Source of the DNA: Paraglomus brasilianum | Taxonomy: Eukaryota | Assembly: GCA_910592345.1 (NCBI GenBank) | Contig: CAJVPI010000012.1 | Span: 62,001 to 94,461, forward strand | DNA length: 32,461 nt | Reading direction: 5' to 3' | Shown: positions 12,130 to 23,211 of the stretch, one piece after another | Position numbering within the stretch: position 1 is the stretch's first letter | Layout: the number at the start of each line of letters is the position of its first letter | Notes under the pieces: generated by a model | Databases searched by the model: none | What the model was told of the DNA's origin: nothing | The model's input: only the letters and a program-made list of their open reading frames with translations | Made by a program: the position numbers and the translations under genes

Positions 12130-13411
12130 ATACACGTGACGGGTAATCAAAATAGAGTTAATTTATTGAACGTACGTTTTAATATTTATAAGGGGATTAG
12201 TATGATCTCCGGATCTTCTGTAATTTCACGTTTGTATTTGATAAGGATAGTATAAATTGCGTAATTTTATGTTGTCCAATATTTTTTCTTCTAAGTGAAC
12301 TAGGAAAGGGAAAAGAGCCTGGAGCAAACAGCATTAGGAAAGGCCATGGACTATTCCTATGTGCAATTGTTCTTTAATAATGTTGTCAAGGATCCTTTTC
12401 TGATGTGTGATTTTTTAGGCTCCGTTGTAAATTCTACATTGCATAAATGAACTTTATTAAACCATTATAAACTCTAACCTGCGCCATGAATTTATTACTA
12501 TGTAATGTAGGCCTTCCAAATTATGCACTACTGCATATATCGATACTAATCCTTATAGACGTTACTTACCTACCTGCACATCCTAGATTTGAGATTATAA
12601 CTTATAGTTGGAACAGAATATTTCTTTCCCACTAAATTTTTCAAATAATTTGTGGGATTCATGTTCTTTCGTGCTTTCTACTAAACTCTCTTGTGATGAA
12701 TTCCTTGCATCTGTCTCAAACATGTTCGATTGATTGACTTAAGGTCTGGACATGGTGATTTTTCGTCTGTCCACTATGACAGGCTTTTTTAGTATTCTAT
12801 TAATATTCAAAGTCAAATTCGTTAGTCCATTTTAACAACAGGTTTGCCTCGTTTGTTCGAGATTTTACGATTAACCTCAATCTGTTATCGAAACATGTCA
12901 TATAAAAATCACTAGAGAATCGCTTGGCGAAAGTACTCGAGATTGAAAGCAAGCGACAGGTGCATATTGATACGTCAAAACATTGCCCTACGCTGACATA
13001 ATCAAGAAGCACATTTAGCACACATACATAGCTTGAAAACCAATAATTATTGTTTTCAATAGTACGTTCCAAATTCCGTTGATCCGAAACTGTCACCAAT
13101 CCGAAGATAAAGCTTCGGTCCTGTTGACTATGTAGTAAAGATGCATGAGATACTCGGTAGAACAACAGATGTTTAAAAGGACGCGAAAAAGATTGGTGAA
13201 TCCTGTTACAAGGATAATATTATAATACTTCAAGTCCGCGAATTGATAACATATGGCTTTAAAAACGCTTGTTTTGTCTTTCAGAAGACGAGATTGCGTT
13301 TCTCGATTGCACAGGTTTAATCTCAACTATGGCTCGTGCAGTTAATCCACTTAATGCTTACTATTGCTCACTGTTTCTTCGGAAAATTATTGGGTAACTG
13401 AATATAAATTT

Positions 13412-15217
13412 TTACTGAACAAACAATTCTGGCGTCTCATTCTCAACAAGCCGAGCAGTACGCTTGACATTCTCGTCCCAATCTTCTAGACGTCGTCTCA
13501 TACCGTCAATTTGATTTGTATCTAGAACACGTGGCTGTACCCATGTGACCACGACTAATTCGTCAACTTGATCAATTGTTCCACGGATGAGCTTGAGACA
13601 GAGAGCTTTCATGATTAAAACTTCAACCTGTATTGGAAAAAACGTATTAGAAACATGGTAATTGTGAGACGAGGAAATAAAATATTAGCATCTCTTATAG
13701 CATTACCTCATCGATACGCATTCTAGTCTCGGCTGCAATACTAGTAAATGGAATGGTCCTGTTATCTGCACTTCTCCTAAACACGGCTTCGATGAGTGAC
13801 ATTAATCGAATCTTTTCGAGTAAATGTCCAAAGTTCTCTGTAAATAACGACTGCGGGAACAATAAACTTGTAAGCAAAGTTCTGACATAAGAGAGATATT
13901 ACGAATGATCATAACTGCGCATTAAATTTACACCATACCTGTTTTGCAAAGTATGGTTGCAATGATTCAAATCTGCCATAGTCTCCAGCATTGAATGCCA
14001 ATAACAATGCTCGTAACCACTCGTGTTCTGTACCTGACAGCGAGTCAAGAATTGGGTGCATTAACTATGCAACAGAAGGATAACGTGAGTTGAAGATATC
14101 CTAAGAGAGACGAGTATAATCGTGGTGAGCTTATGTACGAATAACTCACTAGTTCCCCAAAATTGTAAATTGTGTCCCCTAGTAAGGCGCAAAGAGCAAG
14201 GTCATAAGCTCTATCAATTCTTTCTTTAATGGGAACATCTTCAAGCTGGATGCAAGCAAGATACAACAAAGCGTTCTTGTAATAACCGGCATATTCTCCC
14301 TTTGCCTATAAGATAGAAAGCGACAGACGACATTAAAAATATCTTCATATGTTTATTCACTATGATTAAAACTCTGCCGATTGATCAACACCAACAATCT
14401 TTCATTCTTAACGTACCTTGTGGAAATCAGCACTTACACGGTAAAAACTCGCATAAATCACAGTTTCGACGGAATCAAAAGTATCAAGAATCTTTTGAGA
14501 CTCATCAATTGCTTTTTTTGTACCCTCCAGATCTCCTAGTAGCAACTTTTTAAACGCCGTCTCCATCACAGCGAGAACATAAACATCTTGCGTTTCTGGT
14601 TTACTAACTCTCTCCACTAACGAAGTCAAAAAGGCCAAGGCCTCATTGTTGTCTACCAAAGTAAATGTAGACAAATTAATACCGAGATGGTGAACAAACG
14701 GAAAGCAGAACTACATGAAATACCATTAAATTGCTTTGACGCAGTCAATCCAAGTGTGACCAATTTGAGTTTATTCATTTTATTTTCCCAATCAGAAATA
14801 AAGTTCTGAAAAAGAGGAATTTGGAATTGACCCGATGATGGCAATGAGAAGAATTCTTCAATCTTAAGTGTAAGCTGGTGCCATAGTCTGATTTGAGATG
14901 GTATAAGTTAGTTTGATTGGATACATGATAACTTTCTGACATGGCGAGTTAGAAGAAGAAATTAACTTATTCGAAGACTGCATTAAATCATAATCCTAAT
15001 CTTAAATGGCGCATGGAGATTATCAACCGATTAGCTTCGCTTCTTAGCATCAACTACAATCTTTTAATACCCAACACTTCGCGACAACAAAGAATACGTA
15101 CGTTACTCACTTCCTTTCATACAAATCCTCAAAAGTATCAAAGTAATCTTGAAGTTCACCGGACGCATGCTTTCGCAGCCCTCGGAGAGCTACAATTGGA
15201 TTTTGGTCCAAGTCCAT
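13412..15217 (-). CDS. RPN9: 26S proteasome lid subunit Rpn9/PSMD13 (382 aa, 7 exons)
   Basis: Exons 15217-15111, 14887-14724, 14652-14417, 14305-14150, 14064-13939, 13850-13707, 13627-13412 total 1149 nt. Motifs are YERKLWHQLT, YYKNALLYLAC, ALLGDTIYNFGELLMHPIL, AFNAGD, and the PCI end VEVLIMKALCLKLIRGTIDQV...WVQPRVLD. Confidence 0.97.
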
Positions 15218-16066
15218 TTGTTGATACATAGTCGACATAATTATAGTCTAAAGATGTGAAGCGTGGCTTTAAAATTTTAATGGGGTAATGTATTAGTATA
15301 CGTAATTGTAATTGCGTAACACATAGAAGGTCCCTTATAGGGTACCAATTAAGAAAAAGGGTCAGAAATTATATGCAGCATAGTGTCTAATAGTTAAATC
15401 TATTAAAGCATAGTTCTCGATATTCATACTTCAGCAATGAATAGACAATGATGTCCTACGAGATATCGTAGCTATTAAGAGTTAACCACTATTATTATTA
15501 TTACTGTGTTGGTACTAACATAAGTCTGATTCCACAAGTACTAGCAGGTAACAAGGCCAGCAGTAGAATTCATGATAAGACTCTGATAACAATGCGACTG
15601 CGTTGACAAAAAGTTTAACTACGAAAAGATTTTATCACGAGAATACAGCAATACATAAATAATCGGCGACTATATAGTCGTCTTTTAATTAATGGCGATG
15701 AAAGATTCATTATCGTGTTTACAAATAAGACTGTTGTTGCTCTTGTGGTTTCACACATCGTCGTGTACACAATACATAATTGACAATGTAGGCAGTAAAA
15801 CTAAGTTTATTTCAATTTTGTGTGCAATTATTTAAAGACATTCAGTATAAAACTAACGCGTCATCATCAAAGAAGAATAAATAATCGATATTTACAAAAA
15901 ATAATAATGTAAAAAAAAAAAATGGAAACGCAATAATCATTACAGGATCCACACTTAATGCGCGAGCGTCTAAATGTCCCTCCAGTACTCAAATTCTATG
16001 GTTCCGACAATGGGATTAATACATCGATGATCGATGGTTTCTGATAGCCCGAATAACTCATTTCCG

Positions 16067-16609
16067 TCATTGTCCGGGATAACCGGGAGGAGGGTTGCTA
16101 GATGGTGGAGGAGGGTTGCCAGATGGTGGAGGAGGGTTACCAGATGGTGGAGGAGGGTTACCAGATGGTGGAGGAGGGTTACCAGATGGTGGAGGAGGGT
16201 TGCCAGATGGTGGAGGAGGGTTGCCAGATGGTGGTGGAGGAGGGTTGCTGCCGGGATAACCACTGTTAGGATCAGGTGGATAATTACTACCGGGAGGCGG
16301 CTGACTACCGGGAGGCGGCTGGCTACCGGGAGGGGGAGGAGTATTTGGAGGAGGAGGAGCACCGGAACTACCACCATAGGGGGGAGGATTGTAGGTGTCG
16401 TCTCGTCTGTGATATTGATATTGGTCCTTTATGCGTTTAACCTCAGCACCGAATCGTCGTTTGGAGCCGCGAATCCTATTGACACCGCCCCGAATCCTAT
16501 TGACACCGCCCCGAATATCACTGACATTATCAAGCGGAGCAGCAAAGACAACCGTTAAACTGATGAGAGCGAGATAAGCGAAAACCAAGGCGAAGATTGA
16601 TTTCATCAT
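16067..16609 (-). CDS. Secreted, Cys-free Pro/Gly/Ser/Asn-rich tandem-repeat protein with dibasic (Kex2-type) sites (180 aa, intronless); effector/cell-surface candidate
   Basis: Signal peptide MMKSIFALVFAYLALISLTVVFA-AP; IRGGVNR repeats; KRR, KR and RR sites; PPPGSQ and PPPPSGN repeats. A TATA-like TATAAAA lies ~62-68 bp upstream. Confidence 0.85.
   Translation of the reverse strand: MMKSIFALVFAYLALISLTVVFAAPLDNVSDIRGGVNRIRGGVNRIRGSKRRFGAEVKRIKDQYQYHRRDDTYNPPPYGGSSGAPPPPNTPPPPGSQPPPGSQPPPGSNYPPDPNSGYPGSNPPPPPSGNPPPPSGNPPPPSGNPPPPSGNPPPPSGNPPPPSGNPPPPSSNPPPGYPGQ
16086..16248. repeat. Coding 21-bp minisatellite (GGAGGAGGGTTRCYAGATGGT) x7 plus a partial copy, encoding PPPPSGN
   Basis: Units start at 16086, 16107, 16128, 16149, 16170, 16191 and 16212 and differ at only 1-2 positions. 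Confidence 0.95.
16470..16516. repeat. Coding 21-bp exact tandem repeat (CGAATCCTATTGACACCGCCC) x2 plus 5 nt, encoding IRGGVNR
   Basis: 16470-16490 and 16491-16511 are identical. Confidence 0.9.
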
Positions 16610-16670
16610 TTGATGTTAGAAATACTTGTTTTAACAAGTGCGGAGACAATTTGTTGCCCGCTGATGATGC

Positions 16671-16677
16671 TTTTATA
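16671..16677 (-). promoter_or_regulatory. Putative TATA box (TATAAAA) of the Pro-rich secreted gene
   Basis: Consensus match on the - strand 62-68 bp upstream of the ATG at 16609. The AT-rich background lowers specificity. Confidence 0.45.
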
Positions 16678-19600
16678 AACTTTTCAGCGCGTACTCTGCC
16701 ACATAGTCCATATGCCGAGAACCGTCACTCTGCGTCATGACATGGCTTTTGACCGTGGCTATGTGAGTGGCTATGTTTATTCAAAAAATACATTGTGTAA
16801 CGAATAAGTAAATCCTCAATTATTTTTAGCCTATTTCTAGACTGGGAAAAGTCACCAGCCATAACATTGTTGCACACAATCGACAAGTTTAAGAAGAAAT
16901 GCTGAGCTTCCCTCTATAGACACAGCCGTGACAATCCTTTTGTGGAATAATTTGATCGGGGTCCAACAGATGAATGCATCAAAAAGACGTGGGGCAGACA
17001 TGGCGGGCCAAAAATTGGAAGGAGCGAAGCATTGGGTTGAAGCCATGGAAAAACAGTTAAACGCAGGATCATCCTATACCTTTAATGCTAAATGGCAATT
17101 AGCAACTTGACAATGAAAAGAGTAAGGCTAAAAAAAGCCGTTACCATCACGAAAAGGATTAATTGAAAATGATAAACTGTAAAGTTAGGTCTGAAGTGGC
17201 ATTGTTCGTAATAACCAAGCCATTTCAAGCAGCGGCTCAGCCTGTAGTAGAAATTGAATTTAGAGCACAGTTCAAAGCCACGAATGACGGCAGCGCCACA
17301 TTTTACAGCATATAGTACTACTAACTATTCAGACATACGGAAGCAAAAGCTTTGAATGTGCTGACATCTTATTCTACTACAGTTTAGCATGATGTCCATC
17401 TATTATTTATCTTTTTTATCTTTAGTATTTTCTTCGCTAGGTGGGGAATTTGGATAATTTGTAGCAATAATTTTGATAGCCAAACAGGTCTCTGCAGTCG
17501 ACGAATCCCTCCTGCAAAGTAAAAATACAAACTGCAATTCTAGGGCGAAGTTGTTTGCTTCCACACAGCCCATAATAAAAATGTCGCGGCTGATGCTGAA
17601 ACTAACCAATGGGGTTAGAGAATAGAATGTGATCAATCACCCACGATCCTTCTAAATGTTTCTATAGCATATATTTGCACACCTGCAGACACCCCCATAG
17701 TTAAAGGGGAAGCTTGTTTCCAGCGATCGATCGATTTGGGGATCGTCCATATTGATTGAAACAGGTGAAGGAATACGTTTCTTAATTTTGTTGCAAAAAC
17801 GTGGCGGCATGTGGATTTGTATAAACACGGATTTATAGATAATATAAATCGCACAAGATAATGTATGGAAGAATTAAGAACAACTAGTTTAATCAACTTC
17901 CTTAACCGGGAAATTCAAAGACACTTGTATAGGTAAGTACTGTATGTGCTGTTAAATTCACAACATTAATTCTTTCAAGTTATTCATTCCAATAACAATA
18001 TCTGCCAACGTTGGTTCAAACGATCATAATAAGTTTGTGCTCATAATCGATTGAAATGCTTACGTACTTTGCGTACGTGATATATTTGATTGAGACAGTT
18101 TCTGGCATTATCAGATTAAATATACCCAGAATCATTGTAAAGAGGTTATACGACGAAAGTATAACAAACCAATATAAAGAGTTCCATATCTTATTCGTAA
18201 TACCAATGAATATAGGAAAAGGTCATTGCAACAGTTCGTGAAACATTCTGTTTAGGCCTTAATGCTTCTTTTGTAAAGCTGTTTGTAATAGCGGCAAGTA
18301 CGAAGATTCAATGCACTATTATTGGAGTGATAAGTCTCTGTAATTACAAGCGAGTCTTGTGCCACACTGAAACCTGCTTTGCTATTATATTTGTTTGTAA
18401 ATTATCACCGGTTTCATTAAACCCGTGATTAATAATATTAAGTGAATGATTAAATACCATTCAATTATTTGCTCGCATAAACTTTTTTAGCTGATGCAGA
18501 TCGACGCGTAGTGCTCGTATCTATCCACGTATTAAAATGACTTGATAAACGTATATATGAGAAGCTGCTGAGCTTTCCTAAAGATTGAGTCGGGTATCCT
18601 GTTGTGTGCTTTAATTAAACGAATTAGAATTAAATATTCTGACGACTCTTTCAATCGTTAACAGATAACTTTCGGACTAACAGCATTCATGACCTTTGGT
18701 GTCCACACTACTTCTTGACTTCTTGAGTACTAACTTAAAGAATTGTTATCTGCTTTTGGATTAACAATTGTTGTATTTATACTTTCATGCTGGTCAGGAA
18801 AAGTGAGGGGAAAGATTCACAAGCCGTCTGATTTATTGACAACTATTGATGCTGCGCCGATTAATATTGTTACAAAATAATTGCACCGCACCAAATGCAA
18901 ATATGTACTCTTTGACTAAACCCTGAGTGTCTTCTGACCACAAAAATAATAATGTGAGTCGTTTCCCAGGACATGAGCACGTTCTCAAACAGCAGTACTT
19001 TGAGTGCTTAGGAGCAAATTACCGAGTGTCTACCCCAAGCATACAGATCAAATCGCAGAAATCAAAACTATGGCTGGCCGCAGGTAGGTAACAACATAGT
19101 CTAGGTAAGTGACAATATACGTATTGTTACCTATTCATTATTACATCATATTGTATCTCTTTATCTCTCGTTTCTTTGTCTAAGCTAAACAAACGGCATA
19201 GATTGCACAGCACGTTTGTAACCAATCTATTTAACGGTTCTGGGTCCATCTGCATGCTATGATAAATATTACAGAATGTACATCTTTAAATAACTTCATA
19301 CGATGCGGGTGGATGATCTGTAAGATAGAAATACAGTGGTAATGGGGTCTGTATAACATTGTTGTTTGCCAATTATGGTGTAGAAGATGATGGTATTATA
19401 ATAAATTTGGTCGATCTGGTGTTTTCGTGTTCTTTGGTTAACTTTATGTTATGAGAGGGACATTGTCGATGAACTTGAGGTCGTATTTAGCATTTACTAC
19501 AAGAGACTCCACGAGAGACTTATCGGTATGTCAATGGTCACCCAGGTGGAGCAGTAATATAAGTCCAAGGTCGCCGTCATAAAGAAAAAGAAATTATTGA

Positions 19601-20015
19601 CATATTAATGTGGTCTCAATCTCGTGACATGAGCAACGAAATTCAGGGGTCCGTTACATTAGTTATTGTAATTATTTATTTTATGTTTAGTGGTTGCCAA
19701 ATCTGCCGCGACAACCGGCACTCTCACAAACCACTTTCCTTAATAGGATCACAGCGTCAAACAAAGCATTTACTATTACTATTCAATAATTACTTAAATA
19801 CGCATTACTTGACGCTCATCCTTGACTGAGCAATATAAACTCGCAAAAACTCTTTATATTAGAATTTATAGAGCATAGATGAAATAGAGAAAACTATTCA
19901 AAAGAGAAAAAAAATCAAACAAGCAATAAAACAAACCAATACTGTACATATAACAAAGAGATTTGCATCAATTCTTCACAAAGCCACGCTTAGCTCTTTT
20001 TATTCATTATCCATA

Positions 20016-21394
20016 ATGGGGAAAGTCTACTCAAAAGGAAAGGTGCATTCAGTATCGGTCATGGGTGGTGTCCAACTACTGCGCAGGCAGCGCTCCAGGT
20101 CGCCAAGGGATTCCCCCGGAAGTCCATCTTCGCAATCATTTTCTTCCGACTCGATCACTTCAACAGATTCTGAAATCTCGTTCGATGAGGACGACGGCTT
20201 TAAAACATTGGTGGAACAGAAAAAAGCCCAGTTTGCCAAAGCTGGGTACATGTTTCCTATAAGCGAAAAGGAGATCGACCGGCTACAAACATTACATTAT
20301 ATGTTTAGGTATTTCTGGGGAAATAACTTTTCATCGCCTATGGAAGGGGTTTTGGCCAAAGAAAATGCCAAGATATTAGATATCGGGTGAGTAAAAACCT
20401 ATAATGAATGGATCGGGTTACTACAGCAAATATTAAGAGATAGTACAGTTAAGAATCGACAGGTTGTGATAATTACAATTATGCACAAGTTATTTTAGGA
20501 ATTAGAGTTTCATGTACTTCGACTGACAATCAATCACAAATTGGCGAGTTACTAATCGTTTCTATACTCCTTTACAACTGTTTAGCTGCGGACCAGGAAT
20601 TTGGATTCTTGAATGCGCCACAACCTACCAATCCAGTTCTTTCACAGGAATTGATATCGCTGCCTTGTATCCCGCGGAAATTAAACCCCGCAATACGGAA
20701 TTTCTCAACGTAAATATCTTCGATGGTCTCCCGTTTGAAGATAACACATTCGATTTTGTGCACCAGAGATTTATGATGTTTGCATATACGATCGATAAAT
20801 GGCAAGAAAAGGTGTTGCCCGAACTGTTGAGAGTGTTGAAGCCAGGAGGCTACTTAGAATTGATGGAGAATGACATTGTCTGGTATGAGGAGGGACCCTT
20901 GTCACACAAGTTTAGAGAGCAAGGTGAGTTTGTTGAGAAATGGGGGGGGGGGGGTACGTATATTACAAGAAGTTGAAAGATTCATTTATGAGAGAAGAGG
21001 CAGCGGATTTTCCAATGTATTCTTCTTTTGTATAATCACAAAATGCTAAAATCACTTTTTTCACTATCCAGTTCTCCATGCAATGCGCGACCTGCAAAAT
21101 ATAGAGCTCGTTCTCTCGTCTCACATTCCAAAATGGCTTTCTCATTTTCCCTGTCTATCTCAAATTCATCACGATTCTCGCAAAGCACCCTTCGGATCCT
21201 GGGCAGGCGGAGTGGGAAAGTTTCACCTGACGAGTAATAAGTGGGGGGCGGTGCATATGTACGATGCAGTTGACGGAGTCGGCCTAAACAAAGAGGAATA
21301 TTTGGAGACGATCGAGAAAGTTATGGAAGAATGCGAAGGAAGAAAGGGATACCTAATGAGCCATAGGTACTGGGTCAGAAAGAAGATCGAGTGA
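20016..21394 (+). CDS. Class I SAM-dependent methyltransferase (LaeA-like / Methyltransf_23-25 type; 343 aa, 3 exons) with N-myristoylation-type N-terminus
   Basis: Exons 20016-20386, 20586-20923, 21072-21394 total 1032 nt. Motifs are YMFP...EIDRLQTLHY, GNNFSSP, motif I ILDIGCGPGIW, FTGIDI, GLPFEDNTFDFVHQRF and ELLRVLKPGGYLELME. The N-terminus is MGKVYSK. Confidence 0.93.
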
Positions 21395-21435
21395 TGGGAA
21401 CACTTTTGAAAGTGAACTATAAAAGTATGATAGAA

Positions 21436-21495
21436 ATATATGTATTTGTATTTGCATTTGTATATATACATATGTATTTGTGTGTATGTATTTGG
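21436..21495. repeat. Imperfect TGTA/TATTTG low-complexity repeat in the methyltransferase 3' flank
   Basis: ATATGTATTTGTATTTGCATTTGTATATATACATATGTATTTGTGTGTATGTATTTGG was read directly. Confidence 0.6.
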
Positions 21496-22556
21496 ATAAC
21501 CTACTGGTCACGATGAGCATTGATATACTATTATTATTGCATGCATTTGTATTCTTTTACTATTCAATTTTTCATATGTTTGATATTGTGCAAAATTACC
21601 ATGAATCTTTTCTAAGGGCTGTTGATATATTATTATTTATGGTTTGGCATATAGTGTTTATACGTGTAATTAATGTTAATATATTTAAAATATGACTTGT
21701 TTATAATAAAAGCATTGTAACTATTTCGATCCTAGTAATAGTCGTCTACGATATGGCAAATTGGACACGTTAATCTATGATTTTTATTGGATCGGACAAT
21801 TAGGAGAAATTCAAGTAACTTGTGTGTGTCACGCTTCCTTTATATGTTTATTATTATGTACGTCTAACATATACGCCGTCTTTTTTTGGATGCATCACCA
21901 ACCAGATTTGTCAATTTCTTCCATTTATGGATTATATATATGCAGAAAAACAAGCTCATGTTGATGAAGACATCTTTCAGTGGGCAGGCTTGAAAATTTA
22001 TAAGCTTGTACAGATGATCGTAATTTGCGCTCATCGGAGTTAAGAGGAATATTTTATGACAAGTCGCAACTATACCAAAATTAAATTAATCGACAGACTT
22101 GCTAACTATGTATAGAGTCTTGTTAGGTCTACAAATAGAACGCTTTCGGGTCAAATACCAGCTATGCCAGTTTAACTAAAACATGTTGGGTATGCTACGA
22201 GATAACTGATTTTCCGGTTAAGCATAATTTCTCATTCGTGGGAGTTGATTTATTTTCTCGTAGCTAACTCATTGGCAGTAAAGTATACGTGGGATACTCA
22301 ATCAGCTGTCACATAGAAGAGAGATAAATCGAAACGCGATATTTCTGATTCTAAGAAAAGCACGAGTAATCGTACAGTCGTGACTCAATGTTTGAGCATC
22401 ATTCTTTAATAATATGCTTGCATAATCCAATCTCCAACTCACTTGGTTATTATACTATTCCTATGGAATTCTATGCATTAAGAACTAATGTTATATTTCC
22501 TGTTAAGTGTTTCGAGTTTGTTCTAATTGACAACTGTCCAACCGGCCGTAATGTGT

Positions 22557-23105
22557 TTACTTATTATTACCGCTACCAATAACGCTTCCGACTACATTTC
22601 CGTTGTTTCCATTACCTTTGATGCCACCAATTGCTGTAATACTAGAATCACCATCGTTTCCGCTACCAATTACGCTTCCAACTATATTTCCATTGTTGCC
22701 ATTGCCCTTAATGCCTCCAATTGCTGTAATATCAGAGTCAGCTAATTTGTCTTCAACAACTACCACTTTTGCGGGAGGATAGCTTCGGAAGTCGCCTTTG
22801 CCAGTAGCGATGATACCACTGTTGACAATATTTCCCTGTGCATTGCCATCATTTTGAGTGCCTTGAATACCTCCAGCACCCGAGATTGGAGAACCATCTT
22901 TGCCAACGGCAATGATGCCACTATTGACAATATTTCCTTGGTTGTTGTTCTTATTATCAGTGCCTTGAATAATTCCGGCACCCTGGACTCCTGAAGCGAC
23001 AGGACTTCGCGGGTAGTAGTCGTGGTGTCGGACAAGCAGAGGGTTAGCAATGCTGGTGGTAGTGGTTAGAATGGCTGCAAGCGTAAATATGTAAATGATC
23101 TTCAT
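22557..23105 (-). CDS. Secreted, Cys-free Gly/Asn/Ile-rich protein with four related repeats (182 aa, intronless); candidate beta-solenoid / functional amyloid
   Basis: ATG at 23105 gives signal peptide MKIIYIFTLAAILTTTTSIA-NP. There are two 34-aa repeats (102-nt period) and two 30-aa repeats (90-nt period). A TATA-like TATATATAAA lies ~97-106 bp upstream. The track ORF start at 23198 lies upstream of this ATG and is not the likely start. Confidence 0.85.
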   Translation of the reverse strand: MKIIYIFTLAAILTTTTSIANPLLVRHHDYYPRSPVASGVQGAGIIQGTDNKNNNQGNIVNSGIIAVGKDGSPISGAGGIQGTQNDGNAQGNIVNSGIIATGKGDFRSYPPAKVVVVEDKLADSDITAIGGIKGNGNNGNIVGSVIGSGNDGDSSITAIGGIKGNGNNGNVVGSVIGSGNNK

Positions 23106-23201
23106 GATTTGGATATCCAATATTGCGAGTATAGGGAGTAGTTCAATGCTTTTAACTAACAATCGCTGGCAGATGTCCGATGTTGCCACTCCCTCCACCT
23201 G

Positions 23202-23211
23202 TTTATATATA
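23202..23211 (-). promoter_or_regulatory. Putative TATA box (TATATATAAA) of the Gly/Asn-rich secreted gene
   Basis: Consensus match in a locally more GC-rich context ~100 bp upstream of the ATG. Confidence 0.5.

Noticed and set aside
15667..15680. 14-bp perfect palindrome CGACTATATAGTCG
   Set aside because: One or two palindromes of this length are expected by chance in 32 kb, and there is no associated element.
16086..16516. Regularly spaced short repeats superficially like a CRISPR array
   Set aside because: They are head-to-tail coding repeats with no unique spacers, in eukaryotic context, with no cas genes.
16034..16558. Plus-strand ORF with RRVTRWW repeats that looks like an Arg/Trp antimicrobial peptide array, and the minus-strand LLHHLVT-repeat ORF 15970..16377
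   Set aside because: These are shadow frames of the 21-bp PPPPSGN minisatellite. Only the 16067..16609 frame has a signal peptide, good ATG context and a TATA box.
20942..20954. G13 homopolymer in methyltransferase intron 2
   Set aside because: A simple intronic homopolymer whose length may be a sequencing artefact; no functional evidence.
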